The translations under genes and the position numbers were made by a program. 64,000 nt of DNA from Deltaproteobacteria bacterium (GTDB taxonomy: Bacteria > UBA10199 > JADFYH01). Shown piece by piece: positions 9,394 to 17,464 of the stretch. The notes below the pieces were generated by a model. That model did not search any database. It had not been told where the DNA came from and was given only the letters and a program-made list of their open reading frames with translations. Location of the stretch: positions 7,565-71,564 of the forward strand of contig JADFYH010000010.1 in assembly GCA_015233135.1 (NCBI GenBank), given 5' to 3'. Numbering within the stretch: the stretch's first letter is position 1; each line of letters starts with the position of its first letter.

Positions 9394-9435
9394 GTAAGAG
9401 GTAAGAAGTCAGAAGTCAGAAGATAAAGGAAGAAT
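9394..9435 (+). repeat. purine-rich heptamer array (gtaagag gtaagaa gtcagaa gtcagaa gataaag gaagaat)
   Basis: Read directly from the sequence between the flgE stop and the fliL ATG. It is preceded by a tgggtagg duplication (9371-9378 and 9383-9390). Confidence 0.75.
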
Positions 9436-9440
9436 AGACT

Positions 9441-10040
9441 ATGAATAAAAAACTCATGATCATTATCATTGCTGCTGTCGTTGTTGTGTTGGGAGGTGGA
9501 GCCACTGCCTTTTTTCTCCTCTCTGGAAAGAAAGCTTCTGTAAATCAAAAGGACGTGAAGAAAGAGGCCAAGGTGGAGAAAAAAGAGGGTGAAGCCACCA
9601 AGGACGAGGGAAACAAAGACGACAAAAAAGAGGCTGCCAAGTCTGAAGACAAGAAAGAAGAATCCAAAGAGGCAAAGAACACGGCCCCTGAAGTGAACAA
9701 AGAAGAGCTTCCCAGTAAAGAAGAAAAAGGAGCAGAAGAAGAGTTTAGTTATCAAATGGATTCTATCGTTGCCAATATTTTTGACAAAAATTCTATCCAT
9801 TATTTGAAGTTGGGGGTTCAAGTCCGGGCCTCGAATCAGGAGGTAATAGACGAACTGAAATCGAAAAAGCCTCAACTCAAGGACAAGCTTCTTTTTATTT
9901 TGAGTGATGTCTCAATGCGTGAAGTATTAACGTCTGGAGGCAAAGCCTTGCTGCAAGAAGATATTCAGGATGCATTTAACCGGATGTTGAAAAAAGGCAA
10001 GGTCACCAAAGTTTATTATACTGAATTTACGGTGCAGTGA
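9441..10040 (+). CDS. fliL: flagellar basal body-associated protein FliL
   Basis: 199 aa with a single N-terminal TM (LMIIIIAAVVVVLGGGATAFFLL), a K/E-rich linker and a C-terminal FliL-like domain (YLKLGVQVRASN...VTKVYYTEFTVQ). Confidence 0.75.
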   Translation: MNKKLMIIIIAAVVVVLGGGATAFFLLSGKKASVNQKDVKKEAKVEKKEGEATKDEGNKDDKKEAAKSEDKKEESKEAKNTAPEVNKEELPSKEEKGAEEEFSYQMDSIVANIFDKNSIHYLKLGVQVRASNQEVIDELKSKKPQLKDKLLFILSDVSMREVLTSGGKALLQEDIQDAFNRMLKKGKVTKVYYTEFTVQ

Positions 10041-10051
10041 GGGGGGGAGAG

Positions 10052-10080
10052 GTGAGAAGTGAGGAGTAAGACGTGAGAAG
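10052..10080 (+). repeat. purine-rich heptamer array (gtgagaa gtgagga gtaagac gtgagaa)
   Basis: Starts 12 nt after the fliL stop, behind a G7 run (10041-10047). Confidence 0.75.
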
Positions 10081-10093
10081 AGTTTTCTTGCAG

Positions 10094-10149
10094 TTCCCTC
10101 TCCCGAAAATGTTCTCACATTTTCCTCATCCCCTGAAGGGAGAGGGGAA
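10094..10149. repeat. compound GC-rich hairpin, family B (ccctctccc ... gggagaggg) with nested gaaaatg/cattttc stem
   Basis: Outer arms 10096-10104 and 10138-10146. Inner 7-bp stem 10105-10111 pairs with 10118-10124. Confidence 0.6.
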
Positions 10150-10304
10150 TATACGATTAAGTTAAACCCTTTCCTCCTCTCAATAGGAAAAAATCTCTAA
10201 GTCCCACCGGAAAACTTTTCCTCTTTTAAAATTTTCTTAAACCCAGCCTTTTAAAAAAAACCTTATTTCAAGTACTTAACACCGTTAAACACTTATTACA
10301 AAAT

Positions 10305-10320
10305 TGGTACAGACCTTGCT
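10305..10320 (+). promoter_or_regulatory. sigma-54-like -24/-12 element TGGTAC-N5-TTGCT
   Basis: The GG (10306-10307) and GC (10318-10319) are 10 nt apart, as in the consensus TGGCAC-N5-TTGC. The element ends only 7 nt before the annotated fliM ATG, which is problematic. Confidence 0.3.
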
Positions 10321-10326
10321 TAACCA

Positions 10327-11280
10327 ATGGGTATGATTTCTCAATTGAAGGCACATCCTGAATACAGGGGTGAAAAACAGCAGCAGGTTCTTCATCTTTG
10401 GGAGGGAGAAGTAAAACCTCATAGGTTGGGGGAGTCGAGTGCCCGCTCTGCAAAAAAGGTAGAACAACTCCAGGAACTTCAAAGCAAAGTTGTTTCTGCG
10501 CTCCAAAAACATCTGGATTTGCTTTGGGGAAAAGACAAGGTTTTGCAAAGTTTTCCAGCTCAACAGCTTTCGTTCAAGGATTTTTTTTCGGGGCAAAAGG
10601 TAGAAGATCTATTGGTGGTCTCCTGGGGGACGGGGGCAGAGGCGCTTAGGGGCTATTTGGTGGTGGAGCGGAGTTTCTTTTATTTTCTTTATAGTTTCAT
10701 TTTTGGTGGAAATCGCTTCGTGAGCAAGAGCACTCCCCTTTCAAAGTTAGAGAAAAACTATTTTGGGCAATTTGTACAGGATCTTCTGGAGATTGCTACC
10801 AATGTTTGGAAGGGCCTGGGGGCATATTCTATTCAGCCGGACAAGTTTTTTGTTGAGGCAGAATCCATTTCAAAAATTTATTCACCCAATGATTTTATTC
10901 TCGTTCGTTTTGAGGTGGCCTCCGGCGAAAGTAAATATGGTTTTTCGATGCTCTATCCCATGGATCTACTCGCAGCATTTGATGAAAACAAAGTTCAAGA
11001 GGGAGGAGCGGCGCTGCAATTTCAGAGGGATGAGGAGTGGGAAGCCTCTGTCCTGCACGCAGTTTCGGTGACTGTAAGCGCCAAGGTTCATGCGGAGTTG
11101 GGAACAGTGCCACTTCTTTTGAGCGAAGCCCTTAGTTTGCAGGTGGGACAAGTGCTTCCCTTGAAGGTCAATGACAAAGGGCACCCTATTTATATCAACG
11201 GCAGTACTGCATTCTTGGGAAAAATGGGATCCATTGGAGAGAGCAGGGCAGTTCAAATTATAGAAAATCTTTCGACCTAA
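10327..11280 (+). CDS. fliM: flagellar motor switch protein FliM (atypical N-terminus)
   Basis: 317 aa. The middle domain has a GGXG-like FGGNRF, and the C-terminal domain is SpoA/FliN-like (VHAELGTVPLLLSEALSLQVGQVLPL). It is followed by fliN. The start is uncertain (no clear RBS; second ATG at 10333). Confidence 0.72.
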   Translation: MGMISQLKAHPEYRGEKQQQVLHLWEGEVKPHRLGESSARSAKKVEQLQELQSKVVSALQKHLDLLWGKDKVLQSFPAQQLSFKDFFSGQKVEDLLVVSWGTGAEALRGYLVVERSFFYFLYSFIFGGNRFVSKSTPLSKLEKNYFGQFVQDLLEIATNVWKGLGAYSIQPDKFFVEAESISKIYSPNDFILVRFEVASGESKYGFSMLYPMDLLAAFDENKVQEGGAALQFQRDEEWEASVLHAVSVTVSAKVHAELGTVPLLLSEALSLQVGQVLPLKVNDKGHPIYINGSTAFLGKMGSIGESRAVQIIENLST

Positions 11281-11300
11281 CTTTTTGAGGAAAATTAAAT

Positions 11301-11624
11301 ATGGAAACACAAGAAATCAAGGCACAAAGCCCGGTAGGAAAGTTTGAATCTCTCAGCAAGGAAGCTCTTTCCTTGGTGAAGGATGTCCCAGTCACCTTGC
11401 AGGTGTTGTTGGGGGAAAGCGTGATGAGTCTTGGAGATGTACTCAAATTTGGAAAGGGCTCGGTCATTCCCTTGAAACAAAAAGTGGGGCAACCTTTTAC
11501 TTTGCTTCTGCACTACAAGCCAATTGCGGAAGGGGAGGTTGTGGAAGCAGGAGAAAATTTGGGAATTAAAATTACCAATGTTTTACAAAATGCAGATTCG
11601 AAAGAAATGGGAGCAAGCAGTTAG
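11301..11624 (+). CDS. fliN: flagellar motor switch protein FliN
   Basis: 107-aa SpoA/FliN domain (VPVTLQVLLGESVMSLGDVLKFGKGSVIPL). Confidence 0.85.
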   Translation: METQEIKAQSPVGKFESLSKEALSLVKDVPVTLQVLLGESVMSLGDVLKFGKGSVIPLKQKVGQPFTLLLHYKPIAEGEVVEAGENLGIKITNVLQNADSKEMGASS

Positions 11625-11677
11625 AACTATTAAATAGTGTAAAGGTCTTTATTTTAAAAGAGAGGACAGAAAAATTT

Positions 11678-12475
11678 ATGAAAACAAAAATACTCACCCT
11701 TTTTCTCTTAGTCTTTTTTTCCTTCCATATGAGAGCTTATGCAGAAACCCTGAGTCCAAAACCAACTGAGGCTGCTCCCTTGAGTGCTCCTGCAGCGGAA
11801 AAGCCGGCGGTAGAAAAAACAGCCAGTGTTCAAGACCTGTTGGAAAAAATGAATCCGAATACTGGGAAAGGAGAGAAACCTATTCTCTCTCCCACCTTGC
11901 AAGCCGAAGATAATCTTTTAAACAACGAGGAAAAGCGAGGCGTGAATGTGCTTTCGCAGGCCAAAAATCAGGAAGGTCTTCCCTGGATGCGAACCGTTTT
12001 GGGGACTCTTTTTGTTTGCAGTTCGATTGTGGTTGTCTTTTTGTTCCTCAACGCAAAAGGAAAGGCCAACGGCGTTTTTCAAGCTTCCAAAAATCAACCC
12101 CTCAAGATCCTTCAAAAGTTGAATCTGGGCCTAAAAACAGAGGTGGTCTTGCTCGATTGGGAAGGCTCACGCCTGTTGCTTTCTGTTCAAGCCTCGCAGG
12201 TTCAGGTACTTCAATCTCTGCAGAATAAGGTGGAAGAGGAAGCTCGTCCGGTTATTTCCGCCCAGGAAAAACAAAACAAAGAATTTCAAATTTTGGAAGA
12301 ATTGCAACTTTCTAAAAATCAACTTCACTTTGAAGCGAAGGAAAAACTTTCAAACCGTGTTCGGGAAGTCGTTCAAAAACTTTCTCCTCTTCCCTCCATG
12401 TCTTCGATGGGATTTCGAAAGAGTGAAAGCCTTGTGGAAGAACAAGGCAAAAAAGCTTTGTCTGCAACCGCCTAA
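11678..12475 (+). CDS. fliO: FliO-like flagellar export protein (unusually long)
   Basis: Lies between fliN and fliP. An internal TM (TVLGTLFVCSSIVVVFLFL) is followed by a FliO-like segment (LKILQKLNLGLKTEVVLLDWEGSRLLLSV). At 265 aa it is about twice the usual length. Confidence 0.45.
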   Translation: MKTKILTLFLLVFFSFHMRAYAETLSPKPTEAAPLSAPAAEKPAVEKTASVQDLLEKMNPNTGKGEKPILSPTLQAEDNLLNNEEKRGVNVLSQAKNQEGLPWMRTVLGTLFVCSSIVVVFLFLNAKGKANGVFQASKNQPLKILQKLNLGLKTEVVLLDWEGSRLLLSVQASQVQVLQSLQNKVEEEARPVISAQEKQNKEFQILEELQLSKNQLHFEAKEKLSNRVREVVQKLSPLPSMSSMGFRKSESLVEEQGKKALSATA

Positions 12476-12489
12476 GGGAGAATAAGGAA

Positions 12490-13257
12490 ATGATTTTGTC
12501 TACAAGACAAAAATTTTGGGGAGCTCTGGGACTGCTTTTGCTGGGTTTCTGTTTCAACTCCTCTTCCCTTTTTGCGGCTTCGACACTTCCTCCAATCAAC
12601 TTTTCCTTATCCAATCCCGCGGGAGGAACGGATGTCGCAAGTGCGATGAAGATCTTTCTCTTCATGACCCTGCTTTCGATAGGTCCTGCTCTGCTGCTTA
12701 CCATGACTTCTTTTACGCGCATCATCATTGTTCTTTCTTTTTTGAGACAGGCAATTGGTGTTCAACAGTCACCTCCCAACCAAGTGTTGGTGGGCCTTTC
12801 CCTATTTCTTACCTTTTTTATCATGAATCCTGTGATTCAACGGGTTTATCAAGATTCTATTACTCCCTTCATGGAAGGGAAGATTGATCAGGAAACTGCT
12901 CTCAAGAAAGGGGCGGAACCTCTCAAGAAATTCATGTTTGCTCAAACTCGACGCAGCGATCTGGAGTTGCTGATTAATTTGTCAAAGACAGAGGTTCCAC
13001 AAAATCTGGAATCTCTTTCCATGGCGGTTTTAATTCCTTCTTTTGTGTTGAGTGAATTGAAAACCGCTTTTCAGATTGGATTTTTGATTTATCTCCCCTT
13101 CGTGCTCATCGATCTGGTTATTTCTATGGTGCTGTTGGTGATGGGGATGATGGTGCTTCCCCCCGTGGTTATTTCGATGCCCTTTAAACTGATGCTTTTC
13201 GTGTTGGTCGATGGATGGGATCTGATTGTTGGTTCTCTAATGAGGAGTTTTCGATGA
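12490..13257 (+). CDS. fliP: flagellar export apparatus protein FliP
   Basis: Signal peptide plus the conserved core FLFMTLLSIGPALLLTMTSFTRIIIVLSFLRQAIG and the C-terminal PFKLMLFVLVDGW. Confidence 0.95.
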   Translation: MILSTRQKFWGALGLLLLGFCFNSSSLFAASTLPPINFSLSNPAGGTDVASAMKIFLFMTLLSIGPALLLTMTSFTRIIIVLSFLRQAIGVQQSPPNQVLVGLSLFLTFFIMNPVIQRVYQDSITPFMEGKIDQETALKKGAEPLKKFMFAQTRRSDLELLINLSKTEVPQNLESLSMAVLIPSFVLSELKTAFQIGFLIYLPFVLIDLVISMVLLVMGMMVLPPVVISMPFKLMLFVLVDGWDLIVGSLMRSFR

Positions 13258-13523
13258 GCCCAGGACTGGTCATGAACATCGGGAGAGAAACCATTTATCT
13301 GGCGATGATGGTGCTCGCCCCTATTTTTGTCATGGGCTTTGCAGTGGGGATCACTGTGAGTTTTGCGCAGGCGATCTTGCAGGTACAGGATCCTGCGGTG
13401 GGCATGATTCCTAAGATGATCGCCATGGCGGTTTCCCTTTTAATTTTTGGAAGCTGGATGCTCACCCATTTGATGAATTATTTTAAGACTTATCTGGGAG
13501 ACTTTAGCAGTTTTATTCAATGA
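13254..13523 (+). CDS. fliQ: flagellar export apparatus protein FliQ
   Basis: 89 aa with two TM segments. ATG 13254 overlaps the fliP stop (ATGA). The ORF-track start at 13215 is an extension inside fliP. Confidence 0.9.
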   Translation: MSPGLVMNIGRETIYLAMMVLAPIFVMGFAVGITVSFAQAILQVQDPAVGMIPKMIAMAVSLLIFGSWMLTHLMNYFKTYLGDFSSFIQ

Positions 13524-13530
13524 GGCGACA

Positions 13531-14286
13531 GTGGTTAATGAACTTCTACAAGTTACTTTAGGGGCGTTTCGAATCGGGGCCTTCCTGGCTGCAATGCCCC
13601 TGTTTGCTTCAACCCCTATTCCGCCCCAGATTAAAGTTTTTATGAGCATGGCTCTTTCATTTCTGACCCTGTCTTTCCAGGGGCCTTTTCCGGAAGCCAT
13701 TCTGCACAACAACATATTGCTGGGTGTGGTTTTGGCCCGGGAAGTGGGCTTGGGTGCCTTCATTGGATTTGGAGTTCGGATTATATTTGTACTGGTTACT
13801 CTCACCCTAGAATTTGCCGGTCTTCAGATGGGATTTTCCATCGCCAACATCATCAATCCCCAGGGAAGCGATCAGGTTTCGATGTTGGCCGCCTTTGGCG
13901 TGAACCTGCTTTTACTTTTTCTACTGTCCGTAAATTTTCATCACAATCTGTTTTTTGTTCTGACCCAGAGCTTTCAAAAAATACCGATTGGTGTCCCTGA
14001 TTTTCAGATGGGACACATGATGGGGGGCCTATCCCAAACTCTAAACGATGTTTTTAAGGCCTCCTTTCAGCTGGCCTTTCCGGTAGTGTTTGCGATGTTT
14101 GCGGTACATCTGGTGTTGGCCATCATTGCAAAGGCGGCCCCCCAAATGAATTTGTTTTTTAACATTACTTTTGTGGTTAATATTGTCTGCGGCTTGTTGC
14201 TGGTTAACCTGAGCTGGCCTGGTATTTTTGCTCAATTTCAACACTTTTCCGACCGGATGATGAAAACGGGATATAACCTTTGGTAA
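13531..14286 (+). CDS. fliR: flagellar export apparatus protein FliR
   Basis: 251-aa polytopic membrane protein with a GTG start, lying between fliQ and flhB. Confidence 0.88.
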   Translation: MVNELLQVTLGAFRIGAFLAAMPLFASTPIPPQIKVFMSMALSFLTLSFQGPFPEAILHNNILLGVVLAREVGLGAFIGFGVRIIFVLVTLTLEFAGLQMGFSIANIINPQGSDQVSMLAAFGVNLLLLFLLSVNFHHNLFFVLTQSFQKIPIGVPDFQMGHMMGGLSQTLNDVFKASFQLAFPVVFAMFAVHLVLAIIAKAAPQMNLFFNITFVVNIVCGLLLVNLSWPGIFAQFQHFSDRMMKTGYNLW

Positions 14287-14292
14287 GAAACT

Positions 14293-15384
14293 ATGGCCGA
14301 TAACGATCAGGACAAAACTGAAGACCCCTCGGAAAAAAGGGTGAAAGAGTTTCGGGAAGAGGGAAGAATTCCACGTAGTGTGGAGCTGGGGACCCTGATG
14401 GGTTTGAGCGTTGCTTTTTCTATCCTCTACATCAAGGGCCAGTCTCTGATCTCGACTCTACTCAATGCAGTGCGGAGTGCGCTGCAATTCGATAGCCAAT
14501 TTGGCTGGATTACGATTATCGCTTGGTTGCAGCGCTATCTGCAGGATTCGGCCTCTTTTCTTGTCATTCTTTTTGCAAGCATTTTTGCGGTGGCCCTACT
14601 CACCTCCTTCGCACAAACCGGATTTCATTTTTCTGTAAAGACCCTGAAGCCCAGGTTTTCTATCCTGAATCCTGCCAATGGTTTCAAGCGTCTTTTTGCC
14701 TCTTCCAATGGCATGGTGCAGATCCTGAAGAATTTTTTGAAGCTGAGCGTGATTGGTTTGATTACCTATGGGGTGTTCCAGGATAGGTTTAGTGACATGG
14801 TCTATCTTTCCAAAATGGACATGATGGAAAGTTTGAGTTGGAGCGCTCAGGTTGTTTTAAGTCTGCTTCTCCGAATCGGTATTTTTCTAATAGTCCTTTC
14901 CGGTCTAGATTATATCTATCAGTGGTTCCAGACTTCCAAACAGATGAAGATGACCCGCCAAGAATTAAAAGATGAAGTGAAGGAACAACAAGTTTCTCCC
15001 CATGTGAAGGCCAAGGTCAAACAAGTCGCTCTGGAGAGGGCAAAGCGCCAGATCAAGAAAGAAGTTCCCTTGGCAGATGTGATTGTGACCAATCCTACCC
15101 ATTTTGCCATTGCTCTTCGCTACAAGCGGGGAGAAGACCCGGCACCCCGAGTGGTAGCAAAGGGGCAGGATCTTTTAGCAAAAACTATCCGTGAGCTGGC
15201 CGAGAAACACAATGTGCCTCTTTACGAGTATCCCGAACTCGCGCGTGCCCTCTACAAGAAAGTAAAAGTGGGAAAGATAGTCCCTGCAGAATTTTACCGA
15301 AGTGTGGCCCAGGTTCTGGCTTATATCTATCAGCTGTACCGAAAGCGTCATCTCATGAAAGGAGCTCACTGGTATGTTGGCTGA
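14293..15384 (+). CDS. flhB: flagellar export switch protein FlhB
   Basis: N-terminal DKTEDPSEKRVKEFREEG, four TM segments, and the NPTH autocleavage site (VIVTNPTHFAIALRY). Confidence 0.95.
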   Translation: MADNDQDKTEDPSEKRVKEFREEGRIPRSVELGTLMGLSVAFSILYIKGQSLISTLLNAVRSALQFDSQFGWITIIAWLQRYLQDSASFLVILFASIFAVALLTSFAQTGFHFSVKTLKPRFSILNPANGFKRLFASSNGMVQILKNFLKLSVIGLITYGVFQDRFSDMVYLSKMDMMESLSWSAQVVLSLLLRIGIFLIVLSGLDYIYQWFQTSKQMKMTRQELKDEVKEQQVSPHVKAKVKQVALERAKRQIKKEVPLADVIVTNPTHFAIALRYKRGEDPAPRVVAKGQDLLAKTIRELAEKHNVPLYEYPELARALYKKVKVGKIVPAEFYRSVAQVLAYIYQLYRKRHLMKGAHWYVG

Positions 15385-17464
15385 AAAGAATCCAGTTCGA
15401 AATATTCTTCGAGAAGGGGGAGACCTGTTCCTGGTGCTTGCCGTGATGGGTATCGTGCTACTCATGGTGCTTCCTATTCCTCCCTTTTTCATGGATATCT
15501 TTCTGGTTTTTTCAATTTCACTTTCTATTCTGATTTTCCTGGTGGCCTTGTACGCCTATAAGCCGCTGGATTTTTCTGTTTTTCCCACCCTGATTCTCTT
15601 TGCCACTTTATTGCGCCTCACTCTGAATATTGCCAGTACCCGCTTGATTTTACTCAATGGATCGAGTGGGGAAGGCGCTGCTGGTCGTGTCATTGAGGCC
15701 TTTGGCTACTTTGTAGCGGGCGGAAACATGGTGGTTGGAATGGTGGTCTTTATCATTTTGGTGGTGATCAACTTTGTGGTGATCACCAAAGGTGCGGGTC
15801 GTATTGCCGAAGTGGCTGCCCGTTTTACCTTGGATGCGATGCCCGGAAAACAGCTCGCCATCGATGCCGACTTGAATGCCGGATCCATCGACGACAAGGA
15901 AGCCAAGAGACGTCGTGAGGAGCTCGAAAAACAGACGGATTTCTACGGAGCCATGGACGGAGCTTCAAAGTTTGTTCGCGGAGATGCAGTGGCGACCATC
16001 GTGATCACCTTGGTCAATATCATTGGTGGTTTTGTGATTGGGATGGCTCAGCAAGGCTTGAATCTGTCGGATGCAGCACGGATCTACACCATCCTCAGTA
16101 TTGGAGATGGTCTCGTGGGACAGATTCCTGCCCTCATCATTTCTACGGCAGCAGGTATCATCGTTACAAAAGTGGCCTCTCAGACCCGGCTTTCTCAGCA
16201 AATAGGGGAGCAAACCCTTAGCCAGTGGCGCCCTATGGGAATGGCCGGAATGTTGCTCGGAGGCCTGGGTTTAATTCCCAGTTTACCCCATCTTCCCTTT
16301 TTACTGATGGCTTCCCTCCTGGGTTTTGCGGCTTTTAAAATCTGGAAGCAAAGTGATATTCAGGCCAAAAAAGAGGCCTTGGGCACTGAGGGGCTGAGTG
16401 GGGACCAGGAGGCCTTGCCTCAACCTGTAGATGCTATTCCCCCCCTCGACATGATGGAACTCGAGGTAGGTTACGATTTGGTTCCCATTGTCGATCAAAG
16501 GGTAGGAGGAGAATTTCCTCAACGTATTGTGGGAATCCGCAGACAGTTGGCTTCCGAGATGGGTGTGTTGCTCTCTCCCGTGCATATTCGGGATAATCTG
16601 AAATTAAGACCCGGGGAATACCGTATCTTCCTGAAGGGAGCTGTGATTGGCCAGGGAGAACTGATGATAGGCCATGTCCTGGCGCTGGATCCGGGAATGA
16701 TTACTCGTCCTGTAGAAGGAATTCCGACTAAAGACCCCACTTTTGGATTAAACGCACTTTGGATTCCAGAAAAGCAAAAAGAAGCGGCGGTAGTGGCGGG
16801 TTATACGGTGGTGGATCTTTCCAGTGTCATTGCTACTCACCTGGTTGAGCTGGTTCGTCACAATCTTCATGAACTTTTTGGATGGCAGGATCTGGCCAAA
16901 CTGATCGAACAAGTGAAGACGACGCATCCCCGACTGATTGCCGATTTATTCCCCGAGCTTCTTTCCTTTGGCGTGGTTTTGAAGGTGGTACAAAATTTGT
17001 TGCGAGAGCAAGTTTCCATTCGAGACATCACCACCATTTTAGAGGCCCTGGCCGAATATGCTCCCATGACCAAGGATCCGCTTGAGCTGACTGAACAAGT
17101 TCGGATGGCCCTGGGAAGAACCATTTCCCAACGACATGTGGCGAACGATCAGAGTTTATATGCGATTACCCTTTCCCGGGCGATTGAAGAGAAAATTATT
17201 CAATCTGTGGCTCAAAGTCGCTCAGGACCTCAGCTGGCTTTAGAACCCAATCTGGCGAAGAACATTGTGACCCAGATTAGCCAGGAGGCCAAAAAGAATT
17301 TAGCGAATAATCAACCGGCGGTAGTGCTCACTTCCCAACAAGTGCGCCCCCATCTCTATCGCCTCATTGAAAAATTTATACCGAACCTGGCTGTGCTCGC
17401 CCATGCTGAAGTGGCAGGGCACGCCAAGGTTAAACCGGTAGGGATGATTGGAGAAGCCGCATGA
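15374..17464 (+). CDS. flhA: flagellar export gate protein FlhA
   Basis: 696-aa FHIPEP family protein (FPTLILFATLLRLTLNIASTRLIL; AMPGKQLAIDADL) with a large cytoplasmic C-terminal domain. Confidence 0.95.
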   Translation: MLAEKNPVRNILREGGDLFLVLAVMGIVLLMVLPIPPFFMDIFLVFSISLSILIFLVALYAYKPLDFSVFPTLILFATLLRLTLNIASTRLILLNGSSGEGAAGRVIEAFGYFVAGGNMVVGMVVFIILVVINFVVITKGAGRIAEVAARFTLDAMPGKQLAIDADLNAGSIDDKEAKRRREELEKQTDFYGAMDGASKFVRGDAVATIVITLVNIIGGFVIGMAQQGLNLSDAARIYTILSIGDGLVGQIPALIISTAAGIIVTKVASQTRLSQQIGEQTLSQWRPMGMAGMLLGGLGLIPSLPHLPFLLMASLLGFAAFKIWKQSDIQAKKEALGTEGLSGDQEALPQPVDAIPPLDMMELEVGYDLVPIVDQRVGGEFPQRIVGIRRQLASEMGVLLSPVHIRDNLKLRPGEYRIFLKGAVIGQGELMIGHVLALDPGMITRPVEGIPTKDPTFGLNALWIPEKQKEAAVVAGYTVVDLSSVIATHLVELVRHNLHELFGWQDLAKLIEQVKTTHPRLIADLFPELLSFGVVLKVVQNLLREQVSIRDITTILEALAEYAPMTKDPLELTEQVRMALGRTISQRHVANDQSLYAITLSRAIEEKIIQSVAQSRSGPQLALEPNLAKNIVTQISQEAKKNLANNQPAVVLTSQQVRPHLYRLIEKFIPNLAVLAHAEVAGHAKVKPVGMIGEAA

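Noticed and set aside
14296-14303. GCCGATAA (sigma-28 -10 consensus) at the flhB start
   Set aside because: It overlaps codons 2-4 of flhB. No TAAA-like -35 lies 15 nt upstream, and nothing downstream is positioned to be driven by it.
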